Positions 49,838-59,847 are shown, numbered from the stretch's first letter. The stretch: 64,000 bases of DNA from Planctomycetota bacterium (GCA_016208685.1 JACQXM010000024.1:170537-234536); one strand, 5' to 3'. Program-made: numbers and translations. Notes: generated by a model from the letters alone, not told the origin.

Positions 49838-50725
49838 TCACCGCGCCGCGCTGCTTGCGCCCTGACGCTGGTAGGCGGACGGAGTGATGAAGTAAAGCGT
49901 TTCGTGGGTCCGCCCCTCACGGCGGACCAGAAGAAACCGACTGCCCACCAGGTACTCGCGATCCGCCTCTTCGCTGGGGCCGACCACCAGGAAGGCGCCG
50001 GGGTTGAGTGCTACGGCCGTCGTGAGCTCCTCGAACACGTGCCGATCCACCTCCGGCACCTGCCGCAGGACGCCGCCGCTTCGTTCCCAGGTGAGGGTCC
50101 CCAGGTCCCGACTCACCTCGAAGCGGATTTGCAAATCAAAGGTACCGCCCAGCTCGGAGCGGATGGCGTAGTCGATCTGCATAAGCTTCTTGCCGGCGCT
50201 GAAGGTCCTGCCCTGAAGGCGGCGATCTGCAGAGAAGGCGAAGATCGACTCGCTCTCTTCGATGGCCCCCAGTTCCAGCACCAGGGGCAGGTTCCGCTGG
50301 CCGAACAACTGCTCCTGGCGGAGTTCCGCGTCGCATGCCGTCAGAATGGTTCGGATGGCCGGCCACGACTTCGCCGCGCCGACGCCGACGCGGATACCGT
50401 TCCGCGAGAGGCGTTCAAGCTGTTCGGCGCTGATGGCACTGCCGTCGACGTGGTTCCATATCTTGCGCGAGTGCCGCGTGCCAGCCACCGGCAGGTCTAC
50501 ACGCAGAAGGTCGAACGCCAGTTCGACGAGCTGCACGGTGTCCGCCGGACGGGGCGATGCGGCGTTCTCGCGGTGGGCCGCTGTGGGAGCGGTGGGGCGC
50601 GTCATCTCGTGCGCTGTGCTCCCCGCAGGCCGGCTACCGCGCAAGCCCTGGGCTGCGCACGCCCCAAGCCCTGCCAGGCATGCCGGCACCACCCACCGCC
50701 AGCCCCACGCAATAAGCCACTTCAT
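49838..50725 (-). CDS. Hypothetical secreted lipoprotein, co-directional upstream of the PAS kinase
   Basis: MKWLIAWGWRWVVPACLAGLGACAAQ (lipobox-like LGAC). 295 aa. No recognisable motif. A 47-nt gap to the kinase start suggests an operon. Confidence 0.55.
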   Translation of the reverse strand: MKWLIAWGWRWVVPACLAGLGACAAQGLRGSRPAGSTAHEMTRPTAPTAAHRENAASPRPADTVQLVELAFDLLRVDLPVAGTRHSRKIWNHVDGSAISAEQLERLSRNGIRVGVGAAKSWPAIRTILTACDAELRQEQLFGQRNLPLVLELGAIEESESIFAFSADRRLQGRTFSAGKKLMQIDYAIRSELGGTFDLQIRFEVSRDLGTLTWERSGGVLRQVPEVDRHVFEELTTAVALNPGAFLVVGPSEEADREYLVGSRFLLVRREGRTHETLYFITPSAYQRQGASSAAR

Positions 50726-50961
50726 ACGATGCTGTCGCTCGGCCGACGTGCAAGCCTATACCAGTTCGCACGCGCGATCAACGGCGCATCCGTCAGGATC
50801 GCCGCTCGCCCTGCCGAAGTGGCCGCAATGCCGGGGCCGAGGGCCCCCAATTCAGGGAGTCGCGGCTGGAGGTTACCTGCTCGCCCGATTGTGCCGTGTG
50901 CAGTGAGCCTCGGTGACCGTCACGACCGAGCCTTGATCGCATCCACGGCAGCGGCGTATTG

Positions 50962-52791
50962 CTACCGCCTGCCGACCCACGCGCCCCAAAACGCCGCGAA
51001 GTCCTCCAAGTCGAGGTCGTGATCCGCGGGTGGAGCATCGAAAAACATGCACGCCGATGCAATGGCCGGGCCCATAGTGCCCGTAAAACAGGTCTGGAAT
51101 TCCGCGAAGTCCTCCAGCCCGACGACGGCGTTGGCGTCGAAGTCACCCGGGTCGCGCGGGTCAATCGCCAGCGCCCCATCTGTCCGAACGTCGGGCACAA
51201 CCAATTCCTGCATTGCTCCGTCATAGGTTGCGCGGCGGATCCCATCCCGGGCACCCCAGTAGATCATCTCATGCACGGGATCGACGGCGACATACCGCTC
51301 GCTGTCGGAGGTGACAACGTCGGTAAACTCCAACGTCGCCAGCCGAACGCGTTGGATAACCGCTCGGTTCTCCCTCCACAGGCATCGAAACAACAGCCCC
51401 AACCGTCGGTCGATCGCCAGTGACTCTGACTGGCAATACACAATCACGTCACCGATCACCTTAGGTTGTGCGCCGTCCAGATTGGCGACAAGCAGGCTGG
51501 CGTGATAACCATAGTGGTCGTTCGCCCAATACATTCGCTGGTTGGCGGCGTCCAGCGCGATCCCGCGCGGTGAGTCCTGGTCCGAATCCGCAAGCATTTC
51601 GACTCCGCTTCCGTCCATGTTCACGCGGAAGATGCTGCCCGAAAAGTAGGAGCTGCTCGTCCAGTACAGCCTTCCGCCCGCCGAATCAATGGCCATGAAC
51701 GTCGTGAAGCCAGACGCGATCGGTACCACGTCCCTCGTGTCGGAGCCGTCAAGGTTAGCGCCGCGTATCCTCCACACGTCGCGCGCATCGATTTCGAACC
51801 AGTACATTCTTCCGCCCCGAAGATCCAGCGCATGCCCCCATCCGACCCTGGAGTGGCTGAGGAGATCCTCGGCGTTGGTCCCATCGAGGTCGGCTCGCTG
51901 GATGATCTCCCAGCTTGCATCCACCCAATACACCTTCGCAGTCGCGGAATCGATTGCGATTCCCTGCGGATCGCGAAGGTTGGGCATGACGGTTTCCACG
52001 TTGGTCCCGTCGAGATCGGCACGCTGAACGGCCTGAAATGGGAAAGCGTGGTTTGTCCAGTAGAGCCGTCCGTTCAGGGTATCGATGGCCATGCCGACAG
52101 CGTTGATCGAGTCGCTGCGCAACACGGTGTGCGGGTCTGAGCCGTCCAGGTTGGCACGATAGACTGTGTTAGGGCGCTCGTCCGCCCAGTATAGTCTTCG
52201 GTTCACGAGGTCCAATGCCACGCCGGAAGTGAGGGCTTGGGCATTGGCGACAACCGTTTCGACGGCGGTTCCGTCAAGTCTCGCCCGTTGAACCAGGTCG
52301 GTACCCCGATCCACCCAGTAGATTCTTCCCTCGTGGGGATCGACCGCGATGGCCACCGGGAAAACCAATGCGCCAACCACCACTTCGCGTGTCGGTGCCG
52401 GCTCGATCGGTGTCCGAGCAACGGCGCCGGCGATCGGTTCTACCCAATACAGGTACCCCCGTACGGTATCCACGCAGATTCCCCGGGGGCGATCCGGCGT
52501 TACTAGGAACAGCTCAACACCGGACCCGTCGAGCCTCGCGCGCCAGATACGTCCCGTCAGCTCACTGGTCCAGTACATCCAGCCGCGTGCGGGATCGATG
52601 GTCAGGCTGTGTGGATACGTGGATTCACGGGCCGTACGTATTTTTGAAACGTTCGAACCGTCGAGGTCGGCGCGCCATAGCGTCTTCCCCCAAAAGTCCG
52701 TCCAGTAGAGCCCGCCGCCTCTTGCGGCTGCGCCAGCCAGGCAAAGCCCGCACACCAAAACTGCCACCGCGCGCGCCGCGCCTCGAGGCAT
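50962..52791 (-). CDS. Secreted YWTD (LDL-receptor class B) beta-propeller protein with two C-terminal dockerin-like repeats (paralog of 22548..24863)
   Basis: Signal MPRGAARAVAVLVCGLCLAGAAA. About 11 repeats (GGLYWTD, GWMYWTS, GRIYWVD, RRLYWAD, GRLYWTN, AKVYWVD, GRMYWFE, GRLYWTS, QRMYWAN, EMIYWGA), each followed by RAxLDGS. C-terminus DFDANAVVGLEDFAEFQTCF and DADHDLDLEDFAAFWGAWVG. Confidence 0.8.
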   Translation of the reverse strand: MPRGAARAVAVLVCGLCLAGAAARGGGLYWTDFWGKTLWRADLDGSNVSKIRTARESTYPHSLTIDPARGWMYWTSELTGRIWRARLDGSGVELFLVTPDRPRGICVDTVRGYLYWVEPIAGAVARTPIEPAPTREVVVGALVFPVAIAVDPHEGRIYWVDRGTDLVQRARLDGTAVETVVANAQALTSGVALDLVNRRLYWADERPNTVYRANLDGSDPHTVLRSDSINAVGMAIDTLNGRLYWTNHAFPFQAVQRADLDGTNVETVMPNLRDPQGIAIDSATAKVYWVDASWEIIQRADLDGTNAEDLLSHSRVGWGHALDLRGGRMYWFEIDARDVWRIRGANLDGSDTRDVVPIASGFTTFMAIDSAGGRLYWTSSSYFSGSIFRVNMDGSGVEMLADSDQDSPRGIALDAANQRMYWANDHYGYHASLLVANLDGAQPKVIGDVIVYCQSESLAIDRRLGLLFRCLWRENRAVIQRVRLATLEFTDVVTSDSERYVAVDPVHEMIYWGARDGIRRATYDGAMQELVVPDVRTDGALAIDPRDPGDFDANAVVGLEDFAEFQTCFTGTMGPAIASACMFFDAPPADHDLDLEDFAAFWGAWVGRR

Positions 52792-53096
52792 GACCGTGGG
52801 CCTCCGCGTTTGCCGAGTCGGTCCACCACCCCCCGTGGACTCACTTGCACCACTGATGATAGGTCCATTCCAATGTCGGCGTCAAACGCCGGAAGGCGAA
52901 CGCGCCTTTGAAGCGCACGCCCCAAGACGGCATGCGTACGGCTCGACGGGCCAAAGATCCGCGAGGCATTCTCAGAACTGAGAGAACCAGCCTTTCGATA
53001 GCTGCATTAACGTGCGAGAGCCTGGGCGGGCCGAAGGAACCGCGATGCCGCAGCCAGATCCTGGTGCGGTCGGGCGCGGAACGTCGCGCCGGCCAC

Positions 53097-54263
53097 TCAG
53101 ATTGATAGCTGTCGCTGTCCCACGTACCCGCGCTCCTGGAAGTGCACGAAGAGCGCTTCAACGCTGGGGAAGACCGCCGTGGCGGTTTCCGTGATGAAGG
53201 GCGAGGGGTCACACGCGGGGCGCCAAACCACATAAACTTCCTTGGTATTCTCGAAGGCGTGGTGCAGTTCGCGTTCCACGCCGGAGGAGATGGCCGGTCG
53301 TCCGTCGGGGAGCACGGGAATGTAGCTGACGATCATCTCCGACTGGTCGATGAGTTTGAAATCCCGCGCGTAGATCTGGGCGTCGATGTCCTTGGCGATG
53401 CGCGCCAGCTCCTCGGCATCCAGGCTGATCTGCCGTCCGTTCGCCGTAACGATGAGCTGCGTTTCCCCACGTGCCGCGGCAGCCTCCGCCCGGTGGATGA
53501 GCTGTTTCTCGTCCAGGTCCGCGGGGTCGAAGGTGATGAATTGCTCGGCCAGCGAATCGCGAAACCGTTCGATCTCCCCCAGAATCGCCGGCAGCTCCAA
53601 TACGTGTGTCATGGGAAAGGAGGGGTAGACGCGCTTTCGGTGTGGCTCGAACATGAGCCGATAGAGCGACTGCGCCGCGATCCGCGGGTTGTCCCGCGAC
53701 ATGACGTAGGCGTGCCCATAGCCCGCCACCGCCTCGGCCATCGCCTCCGTGACCACGATCTCCTCCTCGCGCCACACCAGAATGTCCTTGAGCGAGTGCT
53801 TGATCTCGTGATCGCGTTCCAGCCTTTCGTGCACCGCGTCTACGTTGTCCACCAGGGTCACGTACAGGTCGGCATCGAGCTCGGCCATCTGCGCGTGGTC
53901 ATAAGCGTGAAACAGCCCGTGCTTCCATCGGAAGGTGGCGTGGGTATTGACGATCAAGTGGCAACCCGCCGCGGCCGACGCCAGGATGTCCTTGAATACG
54001 CTGCGACGCAGCGCGGTCAGCCGCTGTCGCGGCAGGTCCAGAATGCGCCGCGGTACGATGTCAGGCGCCTCGCTGCACATCAGCTCGCCGACATGGAACA
54101 CGCGTACCGGGTGGCCGTGCCGCGCCGCCAGCGCCGCCACTTCCTCCAGGAACGGTTTCTTGTTCAGGCCGACCTGACCCGTGACCACGACGCGGATTCC
54201 GCTGTGACGCGGCACGTGCTTTCGATCAAAAAGGGAACGGGCGGGCGTAGGTAGGGCGCTCAT
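53097..54263 (-). CDS. Hypothetical two-domain cytoplasmic protein (N-terminal nucleotide-binding-like, C-terminal Rossmann-like possibly nucleoside 2-deoxyribosyltransferase-like)
   Basis: 388 aa. N-terminal IRVVVTGQVGLNKKPFL (degenerate P-loop-like). C-terminal MIVSYIPVLPDGRPAISSGVERELHHAFENTKEVYVVW. No secure family assignment from sequence alone. Confidence 0.55.
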   Translation of the reverse strand: MSALPTPARSLFDRKHVPRHSGIRVVVTGQVGLNKKPFLEEVAALAARHGHPVRVFHVGELMCSEAPDIVPRRILDLPRQRLTALRRSVFKDILASAAAGCHLIVNTHATFRWKHGLFHAYDHAQMAELDADLYVTLVDNVDAVHERLERDHEIKHSLKDILVWREEEIVVTEAMAEAVAGYGHAYVMSRDNPRIAAQSLYRLMFEPHRKRVYPSFPMTHVLELPAILGEIERFRDSLAEQFITFDPADLDEKQLIHRAEAAAARGETQLIVTANGRQISLDAEELARIAKDIDAQIYARDFKLIDQSEMIVSYIPVLPDGRPAISSGVERELHHAFENTKEVYVVWRPACDPSPFITETATAVFPSVEALFVHFQERGYVGQRQLSI

Positions 54264-54281
54264 GGGACCCGACGGGCGCGG

Positions 54282-54830
54282 CTAAAAGTCGGATGGATCG
54301 CCGAACTCCTGCACCCAATAAACGGCATGTTCACCCCCTCGGCGCACGGCGATGCCGACCTCCTGCCAGCGTTCGTCGAGGATGATTTCGCGGTGCGAAG
54401 GGCTGTCCATCCAGACGCGAACCACGTCCGCCGCGCTTTCCTGGCCGGCGGCGAGGTTCTCGCCCACGGCGTAGAAGGTGTACTTCGCACTTGCGGCGCG
54501 GTCACCCGGGCCGGCGCCGTCGACCGGGTCTTCATGGCCGAAAAACCCTTCCTCGATCATGCGGCAGGCGTAGTCGCCCGCTACCGCTGTGAGTGTCGGA
54601 TTCAGCGCCACCGGAGCGAGCTCGGCTTCCGCGCGCTCGAAGTTGATAAGTTGAAGCACCTGGTCCGCGACCGTCACCTCGTCATCCGGAACAACGCAAC
54701 GGGCCGCTCCGTCCACGGGCTTCTCCGCGTCCCGCTCCTCGGCTGCCCCTCCCGCGGGAGCAAAGCATCCTCCCAACGCCAGGACGGTACAAGCGGTCAG
54801 CAGTCGGGGAACTCGCAGGCTGAGCATCAT
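54282..54830 (-). CDS. CAP/SCP/PR-1-like (YkwD-like) secreted lipoprotein
   Basis: MMLSLRVPRLLTACTVLALGGC (lipobox). LQLINFERAEAELAPVA...DYACRMIEEGFFGHEDP...GENLA...WMDSPSHREIILD...VGIAV, the CAP-domain signature regions. Confidence 0.75.
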   Translation of the reverse strand: MMLSLRVPRLLTACTVLALGGCFAPAGGAAEERDAEKPVDGAARCVVPDDEVTVADQVLQLINFERAEAELAPVALNPTLTAVAGDYACRMIEEGFFGHEDPVDGAGPGDRAASAKYTFYAVGENLAAGQESAADVVRVWMDSPSHREIILDERWQEVGIAVRRGGEHAVYWVQEFGDPSDF

Positions 54831-55258
54831 CGCTATCCTTCTTGCCGATTGCGCGCCCCGCTTCTGCCAAGGCGCCATACGAAGCCCACCCGCCGGTTCC
54901 GGCGGCCACTCCAGGCCGTCTTGCTATCGTCAAATGCCCGCTAACCGCCGTATTCTACGTCCGCACGGGTTGCATAACAACCCAACCGTACCCCGTCCAA
55001 GCCGTGACGCAATTGTTACATACCTACAGCACGAGCTCGGCGGGGCCGAGAGCCTTCCAGAGTTTAGAGCGTAGTATCGTCCCTGCGGATCACGGGCTTG
55101 AGCCGCGGGTTCCGGTAATGCCCCGTGCCTAGCCGGCTTTCGGGTTGCGGGCGCAGAATCGGACGGGCCCGAAATCGGCGCGCGGCAGCGACCGGCGACT
55201 CCCCACCGCGCGGGAAGTCTGGTATACGGACGACGCCCGGACGCAGGACGTGAACCGC

Positions 55259-56092
55259 ATGAACCTCACGCTTGGTCATAGCCCCGACCCCGACGACGCG
55301 TTCATGTTCTACGCGCTCGCGACGGGGAAGATCGACACGAGTCCGTGGCAATTCGAACACGTGCTCCAGGACATTCAAACGCTCAATCAGCGGGCCCTGG
55401 CTGGCGAGCTGCACATCACGGCGGTCAGCATCCACGCCTACCCCTTCGTAGCCGACACTTACGCTCTGACCAGTTGCGGCGCGAGCATGGGCGATGGCTA
55501 CGGGCCGTTGGTGGTGGCCCGGGAACCACTCAACGTCGAGGCGCTGCGCGGGCGGACCATCGCCGTGCCCGGCGAAATGACGACCGCCTTTCTCGCCCTG
55601 AACCTCCTGCTGGGCGTGGGGACGTTCCGCCACATCGTCGTGATGTTCGATCGGATCCTCGATTGTGTCGCGCGCGGCGAGGCCGACGCCGGGCTCATCA
55701 TCCACGAGGGCCAGCTCACCTATTCCCGCCACCGGCTTCACGGCGTCGTCGACTTAGGCGCGTGGTGGAAACAGGAAACCGGGTTGCCCCTGCCGCTGGG
55801 CGGCAACGCCATTCGCCGCGACCTGGGGATGCCGGCGATGCGGGACATCGCGACCATCCTGCGCCGCAGCATCGAATACGGACTCGCGCACCGCGCTGAG
55901 GCGGTGGAGCATTCGCTGCGCTACGCCCGCGACATGGGCCGCGAGCTTGCCGACCGCTTTGTGGGGATGTACGTCAATAACTTCACCGTTGATTACGGCG
56001 AGGTCGGACGGCGCGCCATCCACGAGCTACTGGGCCGCGCCCATCACTCCGGCCTGGTTCCCGCCGTGCCCGACCTGGAATTCGTTGGCTGA
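55259..56092 (+). CDS. mqnD: MqnA/MqnD-family protein, likely 1,4-dihydroxy-6-naphthoate synthase (futalosine pathway)
   Basis: MNLTLGHSPDPDDAFMFYALATGKID, the characteristic HSPCPND-type start of MqnD. About 278 aa, periplasmic-binding-protein-like fold. Confidence 0.7.
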   Translation: MNLTLGHSPDPDDAFMFYALATGKIDTSPWQFEHVLQDIQTLNQRALAGELHITAVSIHAYPFVADTYALTSCGASMGDGYGPLVVAREPLNVEALRGRTIAVPGEMTTAFLALNLLLGVGTFRHIVVMFDRILDCVARGEADAGLIIHEGQLTYSRHRLHGVVDLGAWWKQETGLPLPLGGNAIRRDLGMPAMRDIATILRRSIEYGLAHRAEAVEHSLRYARDMGRELADRFVGMYVNNFTVDYGEVGRRAIHELLGRAHHSGLVPAVPDLEFVG

Positions 56093-56222
56093 TCGGTTCC
56101 CGCCGCATCCCCCGCCCTCCGAATCCACGTGTGGTCACGGTTCTTGCATTCCCCTTGCCGGGCGGGAAGATGGGGTATCGAGTAGCGATTCCCGGCCTTC
56201 GGTTCCGAAGGGGGTCTTTGGC

Positions 56223-57290
56223 GTGCCGACGCACCGATGTCAGTGTGGTGCCACCTATCGCTTTGCGGCCGAGGCCGCCGGCAAGAAAGCGAAATGCAAC
56301 AAGTGCGGTGCCGTGTTTCAACTGGACGATGGGAAGGCGGACACCGGTGTCATCGCTGTTGCCGGCGAGCCCACCGATGACAGCGAACTGAGCGAAGCCC
56401 TGTCCCGCGCCGAGGCGTATAAGAGGGCGGCGGCGCATGCCCGCGCCGCGGGCTTGAAAGATGCCGCGGCCAGCCAGGTGGCGGACGCGGACGCCGAACC
56501 GGTGCTCGCCGCCGATGCCCACGCGCTGCACGGCCTGCTGGAGGACCTGCTCTGGGTGTTCCTCTTTCCCACCTCCCTCGAGAATCTCTTCATCTTCCTC
56601 GGTATCTGGGTGTATGCGAGCCTGGCCTCCTTCGTCTGGATCTTGGCCGTCCTCTTTTACCTGTGGTTTTCGGCGTACTGCTTCGACGTGATTCAGACAG
56701 CAGCCAGCGGGGAGCGCAGCCTTCCTGAACTCATGTTCACACGCGGAGCGATCGTTGATTACCTGGCGGCGACCCTCAAGTGGGCGGCAAGCTGGCTCTA
56801 TGTGCTTGCGCCCCTGCTCGCCTACATGATCATCCGCTGGGCTGGCGACTCGCCGCTTCCGGTTGGTTTCCTGCAGCTTGTCAAAGGAACTCTGCCGGTC
56901 CTCGTTGAGACGGGCAGGGCCGATGCCGTGTTTGCGTTCCTCACGGTGCTGGCGGTCGCGTGTTGGCCGATGGCGGTCGTCTGCCTGGCGCTGGGCGGCA
57001 TGGAGACCTTGTCACGGGTCGACCTGTTGATGGTTACGCTGGCGCGCACCGCCGGTGGATACGTGTTGGTGCTGGTGTTCGTGGTGGGGGCCCATTGCGT
57101 GGGACACTACGCCGGCGAGGCATTCAAGGCCGCCGTGAGCGTTGGGGCGGGCGGGGGCTCGATAGGGAGCTGGATTCTCGCGAGGTTCCTCGCCGACGGG
57201 CTCAAGGTGTACCTCACTCTGGTTTCGATGCAGGCTATCGGCTTCTTCTACCGCCGGTATCGGTACCGATTCGCCTGGGATTGGGGGTAG
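56223..57290 (+). CDS. Zinc-ribbon (CxxC-x16-CxxC) membrane protein, multi-TM
   Basis: GTG start at 56223 preceded by GAAGGGGG (8 nt spacing). THRCQCGATYRF...KCNKCGAVFQL zinc ribbon. Acidic/Ala-rich linker. About six TM helices. Confidence 0.6.
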   Translation: MPTHRCQCGATYRFAAEAAGKKAKCNKCGAVFQLDDGKADTGVIAVAGEPTDDSELSEALSRAEAYKRAAAHARAAGLKDAAASQVADADAEPVLAADAHALHGLLEDLLWVFLFPTSLENLFIFLGIWVYASLASFVWILAVLFYLWFSAYCFDVIQTAASGERSLPELMFTRGAIVDYLAATLKWAASWLYVLAPLLAYMIIRWAGDSPLPVGFLQLVKGTLPVLVETGRADAVFAFLTVLAVACWPMAVVCLALGGMETLSRVDLLMVTLARTAGGYVLVLVFVVGAHCVGHYAGEAFKAAVSVGAGGGSIGSWILARFLADGLKVYLTLVSMQAIGFFYRRYRYRFAWDWG

Positions 57291-57413
57291 TCACCTCCCG
57301 CGACGCCGCCGCGGTCGGCGCCGTAGTAGCCCGTTCCCGACAAGTAAGCGTCCACGCCACCGTCGACGGGCCGGGAGCTGCCCATGCGGCGCGATGAGGC
57401 GCCCGGTCGCCGT

Positions 57414-57896
57414 TCACCAGGGACTGACAATACTCGTGGCCACCAGCCCTATGCCGAGGAGCGCGCCAACCACGCCTTCTAAAACCGGCGGCTTCGACGC
57501 AAGGCGCGGGCGGGCCCACGCGGGAAGCTCGCGCACGCGCAGGGCTCCCGCGCCGAGGAACGTCGCGGCGATACCGCAGAGAAGCGCAGCCAGCCGTCCG
57601 GCCCAGGTCCCCACTTCGTACAGGGGAAAGATGATGCCCAACACCCGCGCCACCGCGCCCGCCATGGCCACCACCCACCCCAATGGCACGAGTCTGAGCG
57701 CGTCGTCAACGGAGCTCAGCACCGTGGAGATTCGGTCCACTTCTTGCCGCCATTCCTCGAACGAAAACGGAGCGCCGCACTCCGAACACCGCCCTCGCGG
57801 CGCGCCGCGCAAGTCATAGCCGCAGTTCAGACAGAATGGGTACGTCTCATTGGCCGGGTGATGGCCGACAAGGCGATCCAGATCGCGCGTTTCCAC
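57414..57896 (-). CDS. Zinc-ribbon (CxxC-x13-CxxC) membrane protein
   Basis: GTG start at 57896 preceded by CAAGGGGGC (the same RBS-GTG arrangement as the convergent neighbour). FCLNCGYDL...RCSECGAPFSFEEW, then 3-4 TM helices. The ORF track extends to the ATG at 57926. Confidence 0.5.
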   Translation of the reverse strand: METRDLDRLVGHHPANETYPFCLNCGYDLRGAPRGRCSECGAPFSFEEWRQEVDRISTVLSSVDDALRLVPLGWVVAMAGAVARVLGIIFPLYEVGTWAGRLAALLCGIAATFLGAGALRVRELPAWARPRLASKPPVLEGVVGALLGIGLVATSIVSPW

Positions 57897-58264
57897 GCCC
57901 CAGCCCCCTTGAGCCGCGAGTTGCACGTTAGGTCAGCGTGCAACGGCGAGTTCGGCGGTTTCACATATAGCATGGTACGCGCATGGCGGGTGCGTCAAGT
58001 CGATGGCGTGCAAAGGCCTCGGCGCCCGAGCGGCGCGGTCGACGTCTTACCCCGCCAGCGGTACCATTCGCCCGGCGGAGTAACGCGGTCGATCGCCCGC
58101 GGCCGCGAGGCACGTGCCGACAGCCCGCCGTTGCCGCTCAGGCTGGTCCGCGATCAGCGCGGAATCGTGGACTGTGATCGGCGCCTACTCTCCAGGGCAT
58201 AGGCGGGCTCGGCGGGACCCCCGCGGCGGCCCGTTTCAGCGTCCAATTCTTGAAAGGGACACTC

Positions 58265-58993
58265 ATGGACAAGCAACTCAAGGCTTGTGTGGCGGAGGCT
58301 ATCGGAACGTTCGTGCTCTGTTTCCTCGGAGCTGGAAGCATCTGTCTCGTCGCCCACATGGGCAGTTCGGGCCCAGGTCTGCTCGGCGTGGCAGTGGCGC
58401 ACGGAATCGCCCTTTCGGTCGCGGTTTCCGCCACCATGAACGTTTCCGGCGGCCATGTGAACCCCGCAGTCACGATCGGCATGCTGGTCACCGGTCGAAT
58501 CCGCCTGGGTGCCGCGGTGGCGTACATCCTGGCGCAGCTCGCGGGTGCGGTGATCGCCGGCGTGGCCGTGCTGCTCATTTTCGACAGCTTCAAAACCGGA
58601 GATGACAAGAGCGTGGTCCGGCAAGTGCTGCTGGGGACGCCGGCGTACAACGCGCTGCACACCAGCGCCATGCTGGCGACCGGCATCGAGGCCGTACTCA
58701 CCTTCCTGCTGCTATTTGCGGTGTTCGGAACCGCCGTGGACCCGCGGGCACCAAAGATCGGCGGGTTCGGCATCGGCCTGACCATCGCCGCCGATATCCT
58801 CGTGGGAGGCCCGCTGACGGGCGCCGCCATGAACCCCGCCCGCACCTTCGGCCCGGGGCTGGTCGCCGCATTGTCCGGCAACATGCCGGAGTTCTGGCCA
58901 CAACAAGCGGTTTACTGGATTGGTCCGGTGTTGGGGGGCGTGGCGGCGTCGTTGGTGTACCAGCACCTGATACTCGACAAAGGCACGAAGTAA
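58265..58993 (+). CDS. aqpZ: Aquaporin (MIP family), AqpZ-like
   Basis: RBS GAAAGGGA before the ATG at 58265 (the track start at 58250 is a TTG). Two NPA boxes (GGHVNPAVTIG and AAMNPARTFGP). Six TM helices. Confidence 0.9.
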   Translation: MDKQLKACVAEAIGTFVLCFLGAGSICLVAHMGSSGPGLLGVAVAHGIALSVAVSATMNVSGGHVNPAVTIGMLVTGRIRLGAAVAYILAQLAGAVIAGVAVLLIFDSFKTGDDKSVVRQVLLGTPAYNALHTSAMLATGIEAVLTFLLLFAVFGTAVDPRAPKIGGFGIGLTIAADILVGGPLTGAAMNPARTFGPGLVAALSGNMPEFWPQQAVYWIGPVLGGVAASLVYQHLILDKGTK

Positions 58994-59235
58994 GCCGCAA
59001 GTCGTATCGACGGGCCGGGCTGCCGCGCCAGATGCGACGCGATTCCGAGTGGGCGATTGACACCGTTGTATGACGTGAAGGGAAGGCGGTCGCGGCTCGG
59101 TTCGACCATCTGTGAGTACTCGCGGGACTGGTCGCGTGCCGTGGCGGTACTGACTCGCCGTCGTCTCGTAGCTGTTATGGCCCGCTGCCTCACGGTCGCG
59201 GCTCTGTTTGCGGGCGCTGGATCGCGCGCGGTGAA

Positions 59236-59847
59236 TCAGAGCTGATCGAGCTGAAGGAACTCGCCCATGTATTGATCGTACGCGTCCTGCCCCGCCTTGC
59301 TGGCGAGTTGCAGGCCGAGCTCGTTGATCACCTTGGTGCCCATGCCAATCCACTCACGCCAGCAGATGCTGCACGTGTGAGCAAAGACCTTCTCACCCAG
59401 CGCGCCTTTGAACGGCGGCTTGGGGAGCTGTCCGCTGGGGCGTCCGCAGCGGGCGCAGCGGAATCCCGGCGCCGAAGTGTCGCCTTCGGCCGCCGCAGGC
59501 GGCGCCGCGGCCACAAACGCCGGGACCGGCGCGCCCCAACTTTGCAGCAGCTCAACCATGGCGTCGCGCGGCATGCGGTCCCCCTGCTTGTCCGCGGCAG
59601 CCACGCCGCGAGTCGCGACATCGATCGCCCGGTTCCCCTCGCCGGCTTCGTGATAGGCCTCGGCCAGTAACTGATAGGCTTTGGACATGCGCGGATTCAG
59701 CGCCAGGGCCCGCTCCAGCGAAGCAATCGCCTCCGTGAAACGGCCGGCCTCCAGGTAGGCCTTGCCCAGGCTGAAGTGTCCCAGCTCGTTCTCGGGGTCC
59801 GCCTCCGCCATCTGTCGGAATTGTTGGATGCGTCGTTCGTCCGCCAT
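59236..59847 (-). CDS. TPR-repeat / YggX-like (Fe(II)-trafficking, oxidative-damage protection) fusion protein
   Basis: N-terminus has about 3 TPR-like repeats (LGKAYLEAGRFTEAIASLERALALNP, AYQLLAEAYHEAG). C-terminus FRCARCGRPSGQLPKPPFKGALGEKVFAHTCSICWREWIGMGTKVINELGL resembles YggX (conserved Cys pair plus W..W region). Confidence 0.65.
   Translation of the reverse strand: MADERRIQQFRQMAEADPENELGHFSLGKAYLEAGRFTEAIASLERALALNPRMSKAYQLLAEAYHEAGEGNRAIDVATRGVAAADKQGDRMPRDAMVELLQSWGAPVPAFVAAAPPAAAEGDTSAPGFRCARCGRPSGQLPKPPFKGALGEKVFAHTCSICWREWIGMGTKVINELGLQLASKAGQDAYDQYMGEFLQLDQL

Noticed and set aside
53142-54254. 370-aa plus-strand ORF
   Set aside because: Antisense to 53097..54263. Composition strongly Arg/Gly/Val-biased without motifs. 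The minus-strand product is more protein-like, though itself unassigned.
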